A stretch of 64,000 nt of DNA from Spirochaetota bacterium. Lineage in GTDB: Bacteria; Spirochaetota; Spirochaetia; CADAEX01. Below the pieces are notes generated by a model, which had not been told where the DNA came from, searched no databases, and was given only the letters and a program-made list of their open reading frames with translations. A program made the position numbers and the translations under genes. Shown here one piece after another: positions 27,103-38,036 of the stretch (the stretch's first letter is position 1; every line of letters begins with the position of its first letter). The stretch covers positions 1,387 through 65,386 of the forward strand of contig WQTU01000137.1 of the NCBI GenBank assembly GCA_009786125.1, given 5' to 3'.

Positions 27103-27809
27103 AAAAAATTGCGCTTCTGTTTGCAGCAGCTCTGTTTTTGGCTGGCTGCAACAGGATTAAAGATGAAAGAGCTTTTTTTGACATAATGAATCAGATGGAT
27201 GAAGGTCATCTTACGTCCGAGCAGATGAGAAGCAGGGAAAGGGAATTAAGGGCTGCAATAAGAGAAAACAGAAGAATACTTGAGGAAAGGGTTACAGCAG
27301 CAAGAGATCTTGCTAGGTTTCATCAAATGCTTGGCAGGCTTTACCTGGATAACGGAATGTATCTCCTTGCTGCGCAAGAATTTGAAAATGCTTTGCAGAT
27401 TACCAATAAAAATCCTGTTTTATTTTATTTTGCAGGACTAGCTTATGCGAGATATGCGAAATCTCTTGTAGATGAAACAATGCAATTTGCAAAGCTGCTG
27501 CTGGCAGAAAGATATTATTTAAAAGCGCTTGAATATAACCCTAACTTTTCGCGGGCTCTGTATGCAATTTCTGTACTTTACGTTTTTGAATTTGATCAGC
27601 CTGATAGGGCTATTCTTTATCTGGAACGCCTTCTTGAAACACAAAGAAGCGATTTTGAAGCAATGTTTCTTCTTGCAAACGCATATGTAAGATTGGGGCT
27701 TCTGGATAAAGCTTCGGCCATATATGACAATATTATAAGAAATACTATGAGCACTGTTTTTAGAAGACAGGCAGAAGAAAACAAGAGGCAGCTTGATGCG
27801 TGGAGATAA
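27099..27809 (+). CDS. TPR-repeat lipoprotein
   Basis: Lipobox MKKIALLFAAALFLAGC; TPR-like helical repeats. Confidence 0.65.
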   Translation: MKKIALLFAAALFLAGCNRIKDERAFFDIMNQMDEGHLTSEQMRSRERELRAAIRENRRILEERVTAARDLARFHQMLGRLYLDNGMYLLAAQEFENALQITNKNPVLFYFAGLAYARYAKSLVDETMQFAKLLLAERYYLKALEYNPNFSRALYAISVLYVFEFDQPDRAILYLERLLETQRSDFEAMFLLANAYVRLGLLDKASAIYDNIIRNTMSTVFRRQAEENKRQLDAWR

Positions 27810-28801
27810 AGATGGAAGGAATTAAATTATTATCTATTTTTATCTCAAATTTAAAAATAGGAAAGATGCAAAAAAGTAAACAGCTAAAACTAATATCAGA
27901 AGCAGTTGATTTAAAATCAATTACTCCTGATGATGTTGCTTCTGTTGCAGCCTCCTTCTTTGCTCTGGATAAAAAAACAATTGATGACAATATTTCTCAG
28001 GCCTTTTTTGTAATCGAAAATTGTTTTCAAAAAGATATTGAGATTATTACTTTTTTTGATAATAAATATCCTTTTCTCTTGAAAGAGATATATGACCCGC
28101 CGCTTGTTTTGTATGTAAAAGGCGCTGTGGAAAAAATTAGCTTGCCTTCGATTTCAATTGTAGGCACAAGGTCTGCAACCGGAAAAGCATTAAAAGCTGC
28201 ATTTGAAACTGCGTTTTATCTTTCTCTTAATAATATAACAGTAGTTTCCGGGCTTGCAATCGGAATAGATAATGAAGCGCATAAAGGAAGCATTAGCGCC
28301 GGCGGAACTACAATTGCTGTTATGGGATGCGGTCTTGATAGAATTTATCCTGTATCAAACAGAAAAACAGCATTGGAAATAATTGAATCCAATGGAATTT
28401 TGGTAAGCGAATATCAGCCTGAAGTCCATCCGCTTAAATTCCATTTTCCGGAAAGAAACAGAATTATAAGCGGACTTTCATCTGCAGTATTAATAATTCA
28501 GGCTCCGAAAAAATCAGGAGCGTTAATAACTGCTGATTATGCTCTTGAGCAGGGCAGGGAAGTTTTTGTACACGAGGCAGGTCTTTCTTCGCCATTTGGC
28601 GACGGCGGAATGTCTCTTGTTAATGACGGCGCTTTATTGTTTTCCAGTCCGCACGAAATAGGAAAATATTATGCTTTTGATTTTTCAGAAAACTATATAA
28701 GTAATAACCCTTTTTATAATGCAAAAAATATTGAAGATGAAATAAATGGTTGTGCGGTTAACTATAAAGGAGTTTTATACAGGAGAGCTAAACATGTTTA
28801 A
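27800..28801 (+). CDS. dprA: DNA processing protein DprA (Smf)
   Basis: Rossmann-like DprA core IVGTRSATG...VVSGLAIGIDNEAHKG...YPVSNR. Confidence 0.82.
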   Translation: MEIKMEGIKLLSIFISNLKIGKMQKSKQLKLISEAVDLKSITPDDVASVAASFFALDKKTIDDNISQAFFVIENCFQKDIEIITFFDNKYPFLLKEIYDPPLVLYVKGAVEKISLPSISIVGTRSATGKALKAAFETAFYLSLNNITVVSGLAIGIDNEAHKGSISAGGTTIAVMGCGLDRIYPVSNRKTALEIIESNGILVSEYQPEVHPLKFHFPERNRIISGLSSAVLIIQAPKKSGALITADYALEQGREVFVHEAGLSSPFGDGGMSLVNDGALLFSSPHEIGKYYAFDFSENYISNNPFYNAKNIEDEINGCAVNYKGVLYRRAKHV

Positions 28802-30908
28802 AAACAGAACGGAGAAAAATAAAAAGCAAAATACTTTGCTCATTGTTGAATCTCCGGCAAAAGCCAAAACAATAGAACGTTATCTGGGCAGCGGCTATTC
28901 TGTTGCAGCTTCCATTGGTCATCTGATTGATCTCCCAAAATCAAGAATTGGCATAGATTTGGAAGATAATTTTGAACCTGAATATATTACTGTTCGCGGA
29001 AAGGCAAAAATATTAAAAGAACTTGCAAGCAAGGCTGCAAAAGCAGACCATATTTTACTTGCATCTGATAACGACAGGGAGGGGGAGGCGATATCTTTTC
29101 ATCTTAAAGTATTTCTTGAGAAAAAAAACAGCAGTACGAAAATTGAAAGAATTATTTTTAATGAAATTACGCCTGCTGCGATAAAAGAAGCTATAGAATC
29201 TCCAATGGAAATCGATTTGGGCAAGGTTAATGCCCAAAAAGCAAGAAGAGTGCTCGATCGCATTGTGGGATATAATCTTTCGCCATTGTTGTGGAAAAAA
29301 GTCAAAAACGGATTGTCGGCAGGAAGGGTGCAGTCTGTAGCGTTAAGATTAATATGCGAGCGGGAAAAAGAGGTTGAAGATTTTGTCCCTGAAGAATACT
29401 GGTCTTTGAGTGCAGAGCTTAAAAAAGGCAAAAACAATTTTACTGTACAACTGTATCTTAATAAAGGAGAAAAGCCGGTTTTTCCTGATAAAAAATCAGT
29501 AGATGCTTTAATAAGTGAGCTTGCAGGCAAAGATTTTATAGTAAGGGAAATTAAAAAAAGCGAAAAAAGAAGCCAGCCAAGACCGCCCTATACCACATCC
29601 AAGCTCCAGCAGGATGCTGCAAACAGACTTGGATTTACATCAAGAAAAACCATGCAGATTGCACAGCAGCTTTATGAAGGCATAAATATAGGAGCAGGAA
29701 GAGTTGGACTTATTTCATACATGAGAACTGACTCAACAAGAATTTCCAATCAGGCTATCGAAGATGTACGGAAATTTATTAAAGAGAATTATCCCAAAGA
29801 TTTGCCTGAGAACCCAATTAACTATTCGCCCTCAAAGCAGGCTCAAGGTGCGCACGAAGCTATAAGACCAACTTATTCTCAATATACGCCTGATTATGTA
29901 AAAGAGTATCTTACAAAAGACCAGCAAAAACTTTATGCAATTATATGGGAAAGATTTGTCTCTTCTCAAATGAAAAATGCAATTACAGAAACTACAACTG
30001 TTGATATAGAGTGCGGAGAATCTGTTTTTAGAACAAGCATAACGAAAATAAAAGAAAAGGGTTATCAAAAAGTTTTAAAAATACTTGCAGCAAAAGAAAA
30101 AACAGTAAAAATACCTTCTCTAAAAGAAAAAGATACTTTAGACCTTATTGAATTCAAGCCCGAACAGCATTTTACTCAGGGACCAGCAAGATATACCGAT
30201 GCAAGTATTGTAAAAGCTCTGGAAGAGAAAGGAATCGGAAGACCTTCTACTTATGCTCCCATTATTTCGCTTCTTATTGACAGATACTACGTTGCCCGAA
30301 AAAACAAACAACTTGTTCCAAATTTGCTTGGGAAAATTATAAACGAAATACTTATTAACTCTTTTAGCAATATCCTCGACGTAAATTTTACAGCAGGAAT
30401 GGAAAGAAAGCTTGATGAAGTTGAAGAGAGCAAGGAAAATTGGTACGAGATGGTCGGAGAATTTTATGACCCGTTTAAAAAACAACTTGACCATGTTATG
30501 GAAACCCTTGAATCGATAAAAGGAGTTATGGACGAGAAAACAGATTATGTGTGCGAAAAATGCGAAAAACCAATGATGAAAAAACTTGGCCGCTTCGGAT
30601 ACTTTCTTGCATGTTCCGGATTTCCTGATTGCAAAAATACAAAATCAATTCCTCTTGCAGATTGCCCAAAATCCGGCTGTAACGGCAAAATTGTTGCAAA
30701 AAAGAAGCAGGGAGGAAAAGGTAAAGAGTTTTACGGTTGCAGCAATTATCCTGAGTGTGATTTTATCAGCCATGTAAAACCATCATCAAAAAAATGTTCC
30801 GAATGCGGATATTTTATGGTTGAAAAATATAGCAAAGAAAGAAGCACGTATTATTCATGTTCAAATCAGGATTGTAAGAATTCAAAAAATACAGGTGAAG
30901 AAGAATGA
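28794..30908 (+). CDS. topA: DNA topoisomerase I with C-terminal zinc-ribbon repeats
   Basis: TOPRIM LLIVESPAKAKTIERYLG; active-site region GLISYMRTDS; multiple C..C....C..C zinc ribbons at the C-terminus. Start at the internal ATG 28794. Confidence 0.9.
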   Translation: MFKNRTEKNKKQNTLLIVESPAKAKTIERYLGSGYSVAASIGHLIDLPKSRIGIDLEDNFEPEYITVRGKAKILKELASKAAKADHILLASDNDREGEAISFHLKVFLEKKNSSTKIERIIFNEITPAAIKEAIESPMEIDLGKVNAQKARRVLDRIVGYNLSPLLWKKVKNGLSAGRVQSVALRLICEREKEVEDFVPEEYWSLSAELKKGKNNFTVQLYLNKGEKPVFPDKKSVDALISELAGKDFIVREIKKSEKRSQPRPPYTTSKLQQDAANRLGFTSRKTMQIAQQLYEGINIGAGRVGLISYMRTDSTRISNQAIEDVRKFIKENYPKDLPENPINYSPSKQAQGAHEAIRPTYSQYTPDYVKEYLTKDQQKLYAIIWERFVSSQMKNAITETTTVDIECGESVFRTSITKIKEKGYQKVLKILAAKEKTVKIPSLKEKDTLDLIEFKPEQHFTQGPARYTDASIVKALEEKGIGRPSTYAPIISLLIDRYYVARKNKQLVPNLLGKIINEILINSFSNILDVNFTAGMERKLDEVEESKENWYEMVGEFYDPFKKQLDHVMETLESIKGVMDEKTDYVCEKCEKPMMKKLGRFGYFLACSGFPDCKNTKSIPLADCPKSGCNGKIVAKKKQGGKGKEFYGCSNYPECDFISHVKPSSKKCSECGYFMVEKYSKERSTYYSCSNQDCKNSKNTGEEE

Positions 30909-31849
30909 TTGCAGAATTTATATCTTATGTAAGCAATGTTAAGCAACTCTCTGAAGCAACTATTAAAGCTTATGAAAAAGATATAACTCAATTTGAACTT
31001 TTTATTAACGCAGAAAACAGCAGTTTGTATAATCCCGATAAAAATACAGGAAGGGCGTATGTTGTTTTCATGAGAGATTCTGGCTTAGACCCTTCTTCGA
31101 TAAACAGAAAAATTGTTGCTCTGCGAACATTTTATGATTATGCAGTTAAATTAAAAAAAGTTTCGTTTAACCCTTTTGAGAAAGTAAGAAGATTAAGGCA
31201 GGAAAACAATCTTCCGGAATATTTCCAGTATGAAGAAATAGAAAAAATAAGAGATGCTGCAGGCACAGCACAAAACAAAAAAGAGTTTATAAAACTCAGA
31301 GACAAGGCAATTGTTGATTTTCTTTACTCAACAGGCTGCCGGGTATCAGAAGCAATAACCCTAAATACAGATATGATAAATATGAATAAGGGTACTGCCA
31401 GAGTTTACGGCAAAAGAGATAAAGAGCGCGTAGTCTTCCTGGGCGATAAAGCTTTAAATTCCCTGAAAGAGTATTTTCAAGCGCTTGGCTACTTTTGCGA
31501 TATGTCCAGTAAAAAGTTAAAAAAAGGATTGCCTGTTTTTGTTAATTCAGTAAAAAAGAGAATAACCGAAAGAGGAGCTTTTTATATTATTGACAAGATG
31601 GCTGATAACGCAGAAATGAAAAAAAGAGTTTCTCCTCATATGTACAGACATTCTTTTGCAACACATTTAATCGAAGAAGGCGCTGATATAAAATATGTTC
31701 AGGAAATGCTTGGTCATGAAAGCCTTTCGACCACCCAGGTTTATACACATGTGGGAATAGGAAGACTTAAACAGGTTTACCGCATGGCGCACCCGCATGG
31801 CAGGATAAATAAAGATAAAATAGATAACGTAAGGAGTAATAAAAAATAA
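30905..31849 (+). CDS. xerC: tyrosine recombinase XerC (CodV-like)
   Basis: [38 protein letters not shown]. Position upstream of hslVU as codV is in Firmicutes. Confidence 0.85.
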   Translation: MIAEFISYVSNVKQLSEATIKAYEKDITQFELFINAENSSLYNPDKNTGRAYVVFMRDSGLDPSSINRKIVALRTFYDYAVKLKKVSFNPFEKVRRLRQENNLPEYFQYEEIEKIRDAAGTAQNKKEFIKLRDKAIVDFLYSTGCRVSEAITLNTDMINMNKGTARVYGKRDKERVVFLGDKALNSLKEYFQALGYFCDMSSKKLKKGLPVFVNSVKKRITERGAFYIIDKMADNAEMKKRVSPHMYRHSFATHLIEEGADIKYVQEMLGHESLSTTQVYTHVGIGRLKQVYRMAHPHGRINKDKIDNVRSNKK

Positions 31850-32385
31850 TGAGAGTAAAAGGCACTACAGTTCTTGCTGTAAAAAAAGGCAACAGCGTTG
31901 CAATGGCTGCTGACGGACAGGTAACTCTTGGTAATACAATTATAAAAGGAAATGCAAGAAAAGTAAGAAAAATTCATGATGGAAAAATAATTGTAGGATT
32001 TGCAGGCGGAACAGCAGATGCTTTTACGCTTTTTGAAAAATTTGAGGCAAAGGTAAAAGAATATAAAGCAGATATTACACGAGCTGCCGTAGAGCTTGCA
32101 AAAGACTGGAGAACAGACAGAATCTTAAGAAGGCTCGAAGCAATGCTGTTGGTGGCTGATAAAGACAAAATTCTTCTTATTTCCGGTACCGGCGATGTTG
32201 TGGAGCCCGAAGAAGGAGTAATAGGAATAGGTTCCGGCGGCAATTATGCGTATTCCGCTGCACTTGCATATCTTGATTCTTCAACACTTACCGCAGGGGA
32301 AATTGCATTAAAATCACTTGGGATTGCAGGTAAGATTTGTATCTATACAAATGAGAATTTCATATTGGAGGAAATCAATGCTTGA
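31849..32385 (+). CDS. hslV: ATP-dependent protease subunit HslV (ClpQ)
   Basis: Mature N-terminal Thr ([13 protein letters not shown]); [10 protein letters not shown]. Confidence 0.92.
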   Translation: MRVKGTTVLAVKKGNSVAMAADGQVTLGNTIIKGNARKVRKIHDGKIIVGFAGGTADAFTLFEKFEAKVKEYKADITRAAVELAKDWRTDRILRRLEAMLLVADKDKILLISGTGDVVEPEEGVIGIGSGGNYAYSAALAYLDSSTLTAGEIALKSLGIAGKICIYTNENFILEEINA

Positions 32386-33775
32386 ACTTGAAGCGCTTTC
32401 GCCAAAGCAAATTGTTACAGAGCTGGATAAATATATTATTGGTCAGAAAAAAGCAAAAAAAGCAGTTGCTATTGCGCTCCGCAACCGCGTAAGAAGGCAG
32501 AAGCTTGATGAATCATTGAGGGAAGAAGTAGCTCCAAAAAATATTATTATGATAGGTCCAACCGGAGTCGGAAAAACAGAAATAGCGCGGAGACTCTCCA
32601 AGTTATGCGGCGCTCCATTTGTAAAAGTAGAAGCGACAAAATATACAGAAGTAGGATATGTAGGCCGCGATGTTGAATCAATGGTAAGAGACCTTATGAA
32701 TGTTGCAGTAAATATGGTAAAAGCAGAAATGAGGGAGCAGGTTCTAAAAGAAGCCGAAACCAGAACAGAAGAAGTTATACTGGACCTTCTTCTTCCGCTG
32801 CCAGCTTTTTCGTCGTCGCCACCGAATCAGCCCCAGCAAGACCAGTCGTCGCCGGGGGTTATCCATCTTCCCGAAGTTCTTGATGAAAGATCAAAGCAAA
32901 CGCGCGAGAAATTCAGGGATATGCTTAGAAAAGGTATGCTTGAGGATAAAGAGATTGATGTCGATGTATCAAAAAAAGCAACGCCAATTTTTGAAATATT
33001 TTCTGGCGCAAATTTGGAAGATATGGGCATGAATCTTGGCGGAGCAGTCGCAGGCATGTTCGGCGGCAATAAAAAGAAAAGAAGAAAAATGACAGTAAAA
33101 AATGCACGCGAAACAATTCTTAATGAAGAAATAGATAAATTAATTGATACAGATAAAGCTGCTGATATTGCAAAAGACCGCGCGCAGCAGATGGGGATAA
33201 TATTTATTGACGAAATAGATAAAGTTGCAGGAAAGGAAAATAAAGGCGGAGTAGATGTATCCCGCGAAGGCGTTCAGCGCGATATTCTGCCAATAGTCGA
33301 AGGAAGTCAGGTAAACACAAAATACGGAATAATAGATACAGCGCATATACTATTTATTGCAGCCGGGGCTTTTCATATGAGCAAACCATCAGACCTTATT
33401 CCCGAACTTCAGGGACGATTTCCAATACGAGTAGAACTTGAAGCGCTTGGTGCAGAAGATTTTGAGCGAATTCTTACTCAGCCCGAAAATGCTCTTATTA
33501 AGCAGTATAAAGAACTTTTGAAAACAGAAGGCGTAACACTTGAATTTACAGATGATGCAGTAAAAAGGCTTTCGTATCTTGCTCAGGAAGTTAATTCAAA
33601 AACAGAAAACATAGGAGCAAGAAGGCTGCACACAGTAATGGAATATCTTCTCGAAGATGTTTCTTTTGAGGCAAACGAGTTAAGCGGTCAAACAATTACA
33701 ATAACTCCGGCGTATATAGATGAAAAGCTGGGCAATATTATAGAAGATCAGGATTTAAGCAGGTATATTTTATGA
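32378..33775 (+). CDS. hslU: ATP-dependent protease ATPase subunit HslU (ClpY)
   Basis: Walker [16 protein letters not shown]; IIFIDEIDK; I-domain insertion. Start at ATG 32378 after ggagg (8-nt overlap with hslV). Confidence 0.92.
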   Translation: MLELEALSPKQIVTELDKYIIGQKKAKKAVAIALRNRVRRQKLDESLREEVAPKNIIMIGPTGVGKTEIARRLSKLCGAPFVKVEATKYTEVGYVGRDVESMVRDLMNVAVNMVKAEMREQVLKEAETRTEEVILDLLLPLPAFSSSPPNQPQQDQSSPGVIHLPEVLDERSKQTREKFRDMLRKGMLEDKEIDVDVSKKATPIFEIFSGANLEDMGMNLGGAVAGMFGGNKKKRRKMTVKNARETILNEEIDKLIDTDKAADIAKDRAQQMGIIFIDEIDKVAGKENKGGVDVSREGVQRDILPIVEGSQVNTKYGIIDTAHILFIAAGAFHMSKPSDLIPELQGRFPIRVELEALGAEDFERILTQPENALIKQYKELLKTEGVTLEFTDDAVKRLSYLAQEVNSKTENIGARRLHTVMEYLLEDVSFEANELSGQTITITPAYIDEKLGNIIEDQDLSRYIL

Positions 33776-33851
33776 AAAATCTAATGGGTGTCAACAGCAA
33801 ACCGATATTTAAGGTAAGGTCTTTTTTTCGACAGGATTTTAGGAGAAGATT

Positions 33852-34271
33852 ATGTTTTTAAATAACAGTTTTGGAAGAACAGTAGATATTCTTCATAGAG
33901 CAATGGATGTCTCAATGTTAAGGAGAAGCGTAATAGCCAATAACATAGCTAATGTAGATACTCCTCATTTTAAGAGAAGCACAGTAAATTTTGAAGCGCA
34001 GCTAAAAAGAGCGTTTCAGTCGCAAATTCCGCCTGCACTTGATGCAAAAATGACAGATGAAAGGCATATATCGTTTTTTCAGCCTATTGATCATAGAAGT
34101 GTAGGACCAAAGAGGGTTTTAGATTTTCTTTCGACAACAGATGCAAATGGCAACAATGTTGATATAGAAGAAGAATCAATACATATGCTTAAAAACCAGT
34201 TGAATTACCAGCTTCTTACCCGGGTAATTTCAAATCAATTTACCCAGATTACTATGGTAACAAGGTCTTAG
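33852..34271 (+). CDS. flgB: flagellar basal-body rod protein FlgB
   Basis: Rod N-terminal motif IANNIANVDTPHFK. Confidence 0.88.
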   Translation: MFLNNSFGRTVDILHRAMDVSMLRRSVIANNIANVDTPHFKRSTVNFEAQLKRAFQSQIPPALDAKMTDERHISFFQPIDHRSVGPKRVLDFLSTTDANGNNVDIEEESIHMLKNQLNYQLLTRVISNQFTQITMVTRS

Positions 34272-34301
34272 TAATGTTGGGTTACAAGTAAGGAGGTTTA
34301 G

Positions 34302-34757
34302 ATGGGTATATTTACAAATATTGATACTGCTGCATCAGGTCTTTCGGCGCAGCGCCTTAGGCTTGACGTAATTTCAAATAATTTAGCAAATGTTGAGACA
34401 ACAAGAACTCCGGAAGGCGGTCCTTTCAGAAGAAGCAGGGTTATTTTTAGACCAATAGTAGACCAGCCTTTTTGGAGAAGCCCTTTTCTTCCAGCGCATC
34501 TTGATAATGGAATTGGCCGCGGGGTTAGAGTTACAAAAATTGAAAAAGATATGGCTCCGCCAAGACTTGTATATGATCCTACGCACCCGGATGCCATACT
34601 AACAGGTCCAAGGGCAGGATATGTTGAATTTCCAAATACAAATATAGTTAATGAAATGGTTGATATGATATCTGCCACAAGATCGTACGAAGCAAATATT
34701 GCATTAATCAATGGATCAAAAAACATGTTTCTTAGGGCTTTGGAAATAGGACAATAG
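34302..34757 (+). CDS. flgC: flagellar basal-body rod protein FlgC
   Basis: ISNNLANVETT...VEFPNTNIVNEMVDMISATRSYEAN. Confidence 0.9.
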   Translation: MGIFTNIDTAASGLSAQRLRLDVISNNLANVETTRTPEGGPFRRSRVIFRPIVDQPFWRSPFLPAHLDNGIGRGVRVTKIEKDMAPPRLVYDPTHPDAILTGPRAGYVEFPNTNIVNEMVDMISATRSYEANIALINGSKNMFLRALEIGQ

Positions 34758-34784
34758 GAAGTATAAAAATAGGGAGGGGAATAA

Positions 34785-35120
34785 ATGGAATTTTTAAATT
34801 TTGGTCAGGTTACAGGCAATAGAGTTACACTTAACACAACAGATCCGCGCCATTTTACTGGCAGTATGAACAATGTTACCGGGCGTCTTGAAAGAGAAAA
34901 TCCTACTTTTGCAGATCAAATGTTTGAAGCATTAAACGGGGTTAACAGACTGCAGCAGGAAGTAAATGATTTAAGCGTAAGAATGATTACAGATCCTAAC
35001 AGTATAGATGTGCATGATATTACAATTGCAATAGCAAAATCTAATGCAGCGCTTCAGATTACACAAGCTGTTGTTGACAGAGCAATTAGGGCATATCAAG
35101 AGGTTTTAAATTTTAGATAA
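34785..35120 (+). CDS. fliE: flagellar hook-basal body complex protein FliE
   Basis: 111 aa, position after flgC; C-terminal helical region IAIAKSNAALQ. Confidence 0.75.
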   Translation: MEFLNFGQVTGNRVTLNTTDPRHFTGSMNNVTGRLERENPTFADQMFEALNGVNRLQQEVNDLSVRMITDPNSIDVHDITIAIAKSNAALQITQAVVDRAIRAYQEVLNFR

Positions 35121-35207
35121 TTAAAAAAAGAGTGCAAATAAACAGTTAAAAGATTTGCGAAACAAATCTTTTATATGCTTACTGTTCTTTTCAACTGGGG
35201 AGGGGAA

Positions 35208-36920
35208 ATGAAAGAGCAATTTAAAAAAATATTAGACAAGTTAGTCGGTATCTGGACTAAAATTACTTTGATCCAGAGGGTTATTGTTATCGCAGTAGTG
35301 GTAACGGTTCTTACTGCTTTTGTAATGCTTGCAGCGTACAGCGGTTCGCCGAGCATGGTAAATGTATTTACTGCACCTGTAAGAGATGAGAATCTCCTGC
35401 ATAGAATATCAGTTCGCCTTGATGAAGAAAATATCCACCACAGAATAACAGCCGATGGAATGATACAGGTACAGAATGAAGCAACAGCGCGCAGGGCTGT
35501 GTCTTCACTTGCTGGCGCAGACTTAATTCCAGGGAATATGTCTCCGTGGGATGTATTTAGAATGGAAAGATGGACAACCACGGATTTTGAGAGAAATGTA
35601 AATAAAAGACGCGCAATTACTGCAAATCTCAGAGCGCATATTGAATCTCTTGAAGATGTTGACTCTGCACAAGTTATGCTTAATTTGCCGGTGAGAGAGC
35701 TTTTTGCAGAAGACCAGCAAAATGTTACAGCATCAATACAAATAACTCCAAGACCAGGTTCTGACATAACAGAAAATAGGAGAAAAATACAAGGTATTGT
35801 AAGGCTTGTAAAGTTTGCTATAGGCGGTCTTGAGGAAGAGTTTATTACAATTACAGACAATCGGGGAAATATTTTAAATGATTTTACCGGGCTCGATGCG
35901 CTTGACAGAATTGAGCTTGCAAGAAGAGAGCTTAGAATAAAAAGAGACCTGGAAAGAGAATATAAAAACACGATTATGCGTGCTTTGAGACATATATTTA
36001 CCGAAGACAGGGTTCAGATCCTTAATATTGATGTTGATATTGATATGAACAAGAGAGAAACTGATACGCGTGAACACTTTCCTATAACCATGATACCGGA
36101 GAACCCTCTGGTTCCTTTTAGCACATTGGAAGTTCTTCCTTCGATAACAATATCAAAAAATATTATCGATGAACATTTTAGGGGAACAGGATTTAACCCT
36201 ATGGGTCCTCCGGGGCACGAAGGTCAAACTCCTCCTGCGTATAGAGATCTTGCAGGAATGGTAGGGGAGTACCGCAGAAATAATATAATACAAAACGAAG
36301 CTATTAATGTTAGAAACATCAGAGAAGTAAGGAGCCCTGCTCCAGTTATAAATCGCGTAACTATTGGAGTTGCAATTGATGGAGTCTGGAATTGGGAACA
36401 TGACGAGAATGGGCAGGTAAAACTTAACAGAGACGGCAGTATTGTAAGAACCCATACTCCTGTCAGCGCCGAAGATCTTGTAAAAGCAAGAGAACTTATA
36501 GAGGCAGCAGTAGGCTTTAACAGAGCCAGGGGAGACTCTGTTACTGTACGCTCCCTGCAGTTTGACAGAACATTGCAGCATAGGGCAGAAGATGACAAAT
36601 TCAGGGCAAGAATGATGACTCAGCGGATAATTACATACTCTGTTATAGGACTTCTGTTGCTTGTAGCTTTTTTCATTATTTTAAGAATTGTGCTTAGAGC
36701 TATTGAAAGAAGAAGAAAACTCAGAGAAGAAGAGCTTGCAAGACAGCATCAGGCTATGCGCGAAGCTGCTCTTAGAAGTGCAGAAGAAGATGGGATCAGC
36801 GTTGAAATGTCTGTTGAAGATCGAGCAAGGCTTGAAATGCAGGAAATGGCTATTAATATGGCAAGGGAACATCCGGAAGATGTTGCTCAGCTAATAAGAA
36901 CATGGTTGCTGGAGGAATAG
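35208..36920 (+). CDS. fliF: flagellar MS-ring protein FliF
   Basis: Two TM segments flanking a large periplasmic domain; size and position. Start at ATG 35208 after ggggagggg. Confidence 0.88.
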   Translation: MKEQFKKILDKLVGIWTKITLIQRVIVIAVVVTVLTAFVMLAAYSGSPSMVNVFTAPVRDENLLHRISVRLDEENIHHRITADGMIQVQNEATARRAVSSLAGADLIPGNMSPWDVFRMERWTTTDFERNVNKRRAITANLRAHIESLEDVDSAQVMLNLPVRELFAEDQQNVTASIQITPRPGSDITENRRKIQGIVRLVKFAIGGLEEEFITITDNRGNILNDFTGLDALDRIELARRELRIKRDLEREYKNTIMRALRHIFTEDRVQILNIDVDIDMNKRETDTREHFPITMIPENPLVPFSTLEVLPSITISKNIIDEHFRGTGFNPMGPPGHEGQTPPAYRDLAGMVGEYRRNNIIQNEAINVRNIREVRSPAPVINRVTIGVAIDGVWNWEHDENGQVKLNRDGSIVRTHTPVSAEDLVKARELIEAAVGFNRARGDSVTVRSLQFDRTLQHRAEDDKFRARMMTQRIITYSVIGLLLLVAFFIILRIVLRAIERRRKLREEELARQHQAMREAALRSAEEDGISVEMSVEDRARLEMQEMAINMAREHPEDVAQLIRTWLLEE

Positions 36921-36921
36921 T

Positions 36922-37983
36922 ATGGGAAAAATACCAGCAACAGCTCCGGCTTCTAATACACAGAAGAAAGGCAGCGGAATAAGAAAAGAGCTTTCAGGAA
37001 GACAAAAAGCAGCTATTTTTCTTGTAACAATTGGCTCTGAAATATCTGCCGAAATATTTAAGCACCTTAGAGAAGACGAAATCGAAGCGCTTACATTTGA
37101 GATAGCGCGTCTTGAAACTATAGAAGCAGAAGATAAAGACAGGGTTCTTCTTGAGTTCAAAGAGCTCATGATGGCTCAGGATTTTATAACAAGCGGCGGT
37201 ATAGATTATGCAAGAGAGCTTCTTGAAAAATCTCTTGGAAGCCAGAAAGCAATTGATATAATCAACAGGCTTACAAGTTCGCTTCAGATAAGACCTTTTG
37301 ACTTTATAAGAAGAACCGATCCTACGCATCTTCTGAACTTTATTCAGCAGGAACATCCGCAGACAATTGCGCTCATTCTTGCTTATCTTGAACCGGAAAA
37401 AGCTTCGATTATTCTTTCAAGCCTTCCTCATGAGACACAGTCTGATGTTGCAAGGCGTATTGCAACAATGGACAGAACTTCTCCTGAAATATTAAGAGAA
37501 GTTGAGAGAGTTCTTGAGAAAAAACTTTCGACCTTATCGAGCGAAGATTATACATCTGCCGGAGGTGTTGAAAGTATTGTTGAAATACTCAACAGAGTAG
37601 ACAGATCAACAGAAAAGACAATTATAGAGTCTCTTGAGGAAGAAGATCCGGAACTTGCAGAAGAAATCAAAAAGAGAATGTTCGTATTCGAAGATATTGT
37701 ACTTCTCGATGACAGAGCGATTCAGAAAGTATTGCGCGAGGTTGATCAGCAAGAACTTGGTAAAGCGCTTAAAGCTGTCGATAATGAGGTGCAGGACAAG
37801 ATATTTAAGAATATGTCCAAGAGGGCTGCTACAACTCTTAAAGAAGATATGGAATTTATGGGACCAATCAGGCTTAAGGATGTTGAAGAAGCTCAGCAGA
37901 AAATTGTATCTGTTATAAGAAAGCTTGAAGAGCAGGGTGAAATTGTTGTTGCAAGATCAGGCGAAGATGAAATGGTTGTTTAA
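36922..37983 (+). CDS. fliG: flagellar motor switch protein FliG
   Basis: FliG middle and C-terminal motifs (MFVFEDIVLLDDRAIQKVLREVD). Confidence 0.9.
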   Translation: MGKIPATAPASNTQKKGSGIRKELSGRQKAAIFLVTIGSEISAEIFKHLREDEIEALTFEIARLETIEAEDKDRVLLEFKELMMAQDFITSGGIDYARELLEKSLGSQKAIDIINRLTSSLQIRPFDFIRRTDPTHLLNFIQQEHPQTIALILAYLEPEKASIILSSLPHETQSDVARRIATMDRTSPEILREVERVLEKKLSTLSSEDYTSAGGVESIVEILNRVDRSTEKTIIESLEEEDPELAEEIKKRMFVFEDIVLLDDRAIQKVLREVDQQELGKALKAVDNEVQDKIFKNMSKRAATTLKEDMEFMGPIRLKDVEEAQQKIVSVIRKLEEQGEIVVARSGEDEMVV

Positions 37984-37990
37984 TATGCGG

Positions 37991-38017
37991 CTAACTGTAC
38001 TGATCCAGTGCAGTTAG
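37991..38017 (+). other. intercistronic stem-loop between fliG and fliH
   Basis: ctaactgtactg-atc-cagtgcagttag: a 10-bp stem with one G-U pair and a 3-nt loop, no U-tract. Confidence 0.4.
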
Positions 38018-38036
38018 TTTAACATAGGGGGATTAG

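Noticed and set aside
33785-33808. Possible sigma-28 promoter (CTAA-N15-AACCGATAT) upstream of flgB
   Set aside because: It only partly matches TAAA-N15-GCCGATAA. Without a genome-wide promoter set it cannot be distinguished from chance, so it is mentioned but not called.
35171-35971. 266-aa ORF on the minus strand
   Set aside because: Entirely antisense to fliF. Ser/Leu-rich low-complexity translation typical of an AT-rich antisense frame. No RBS.
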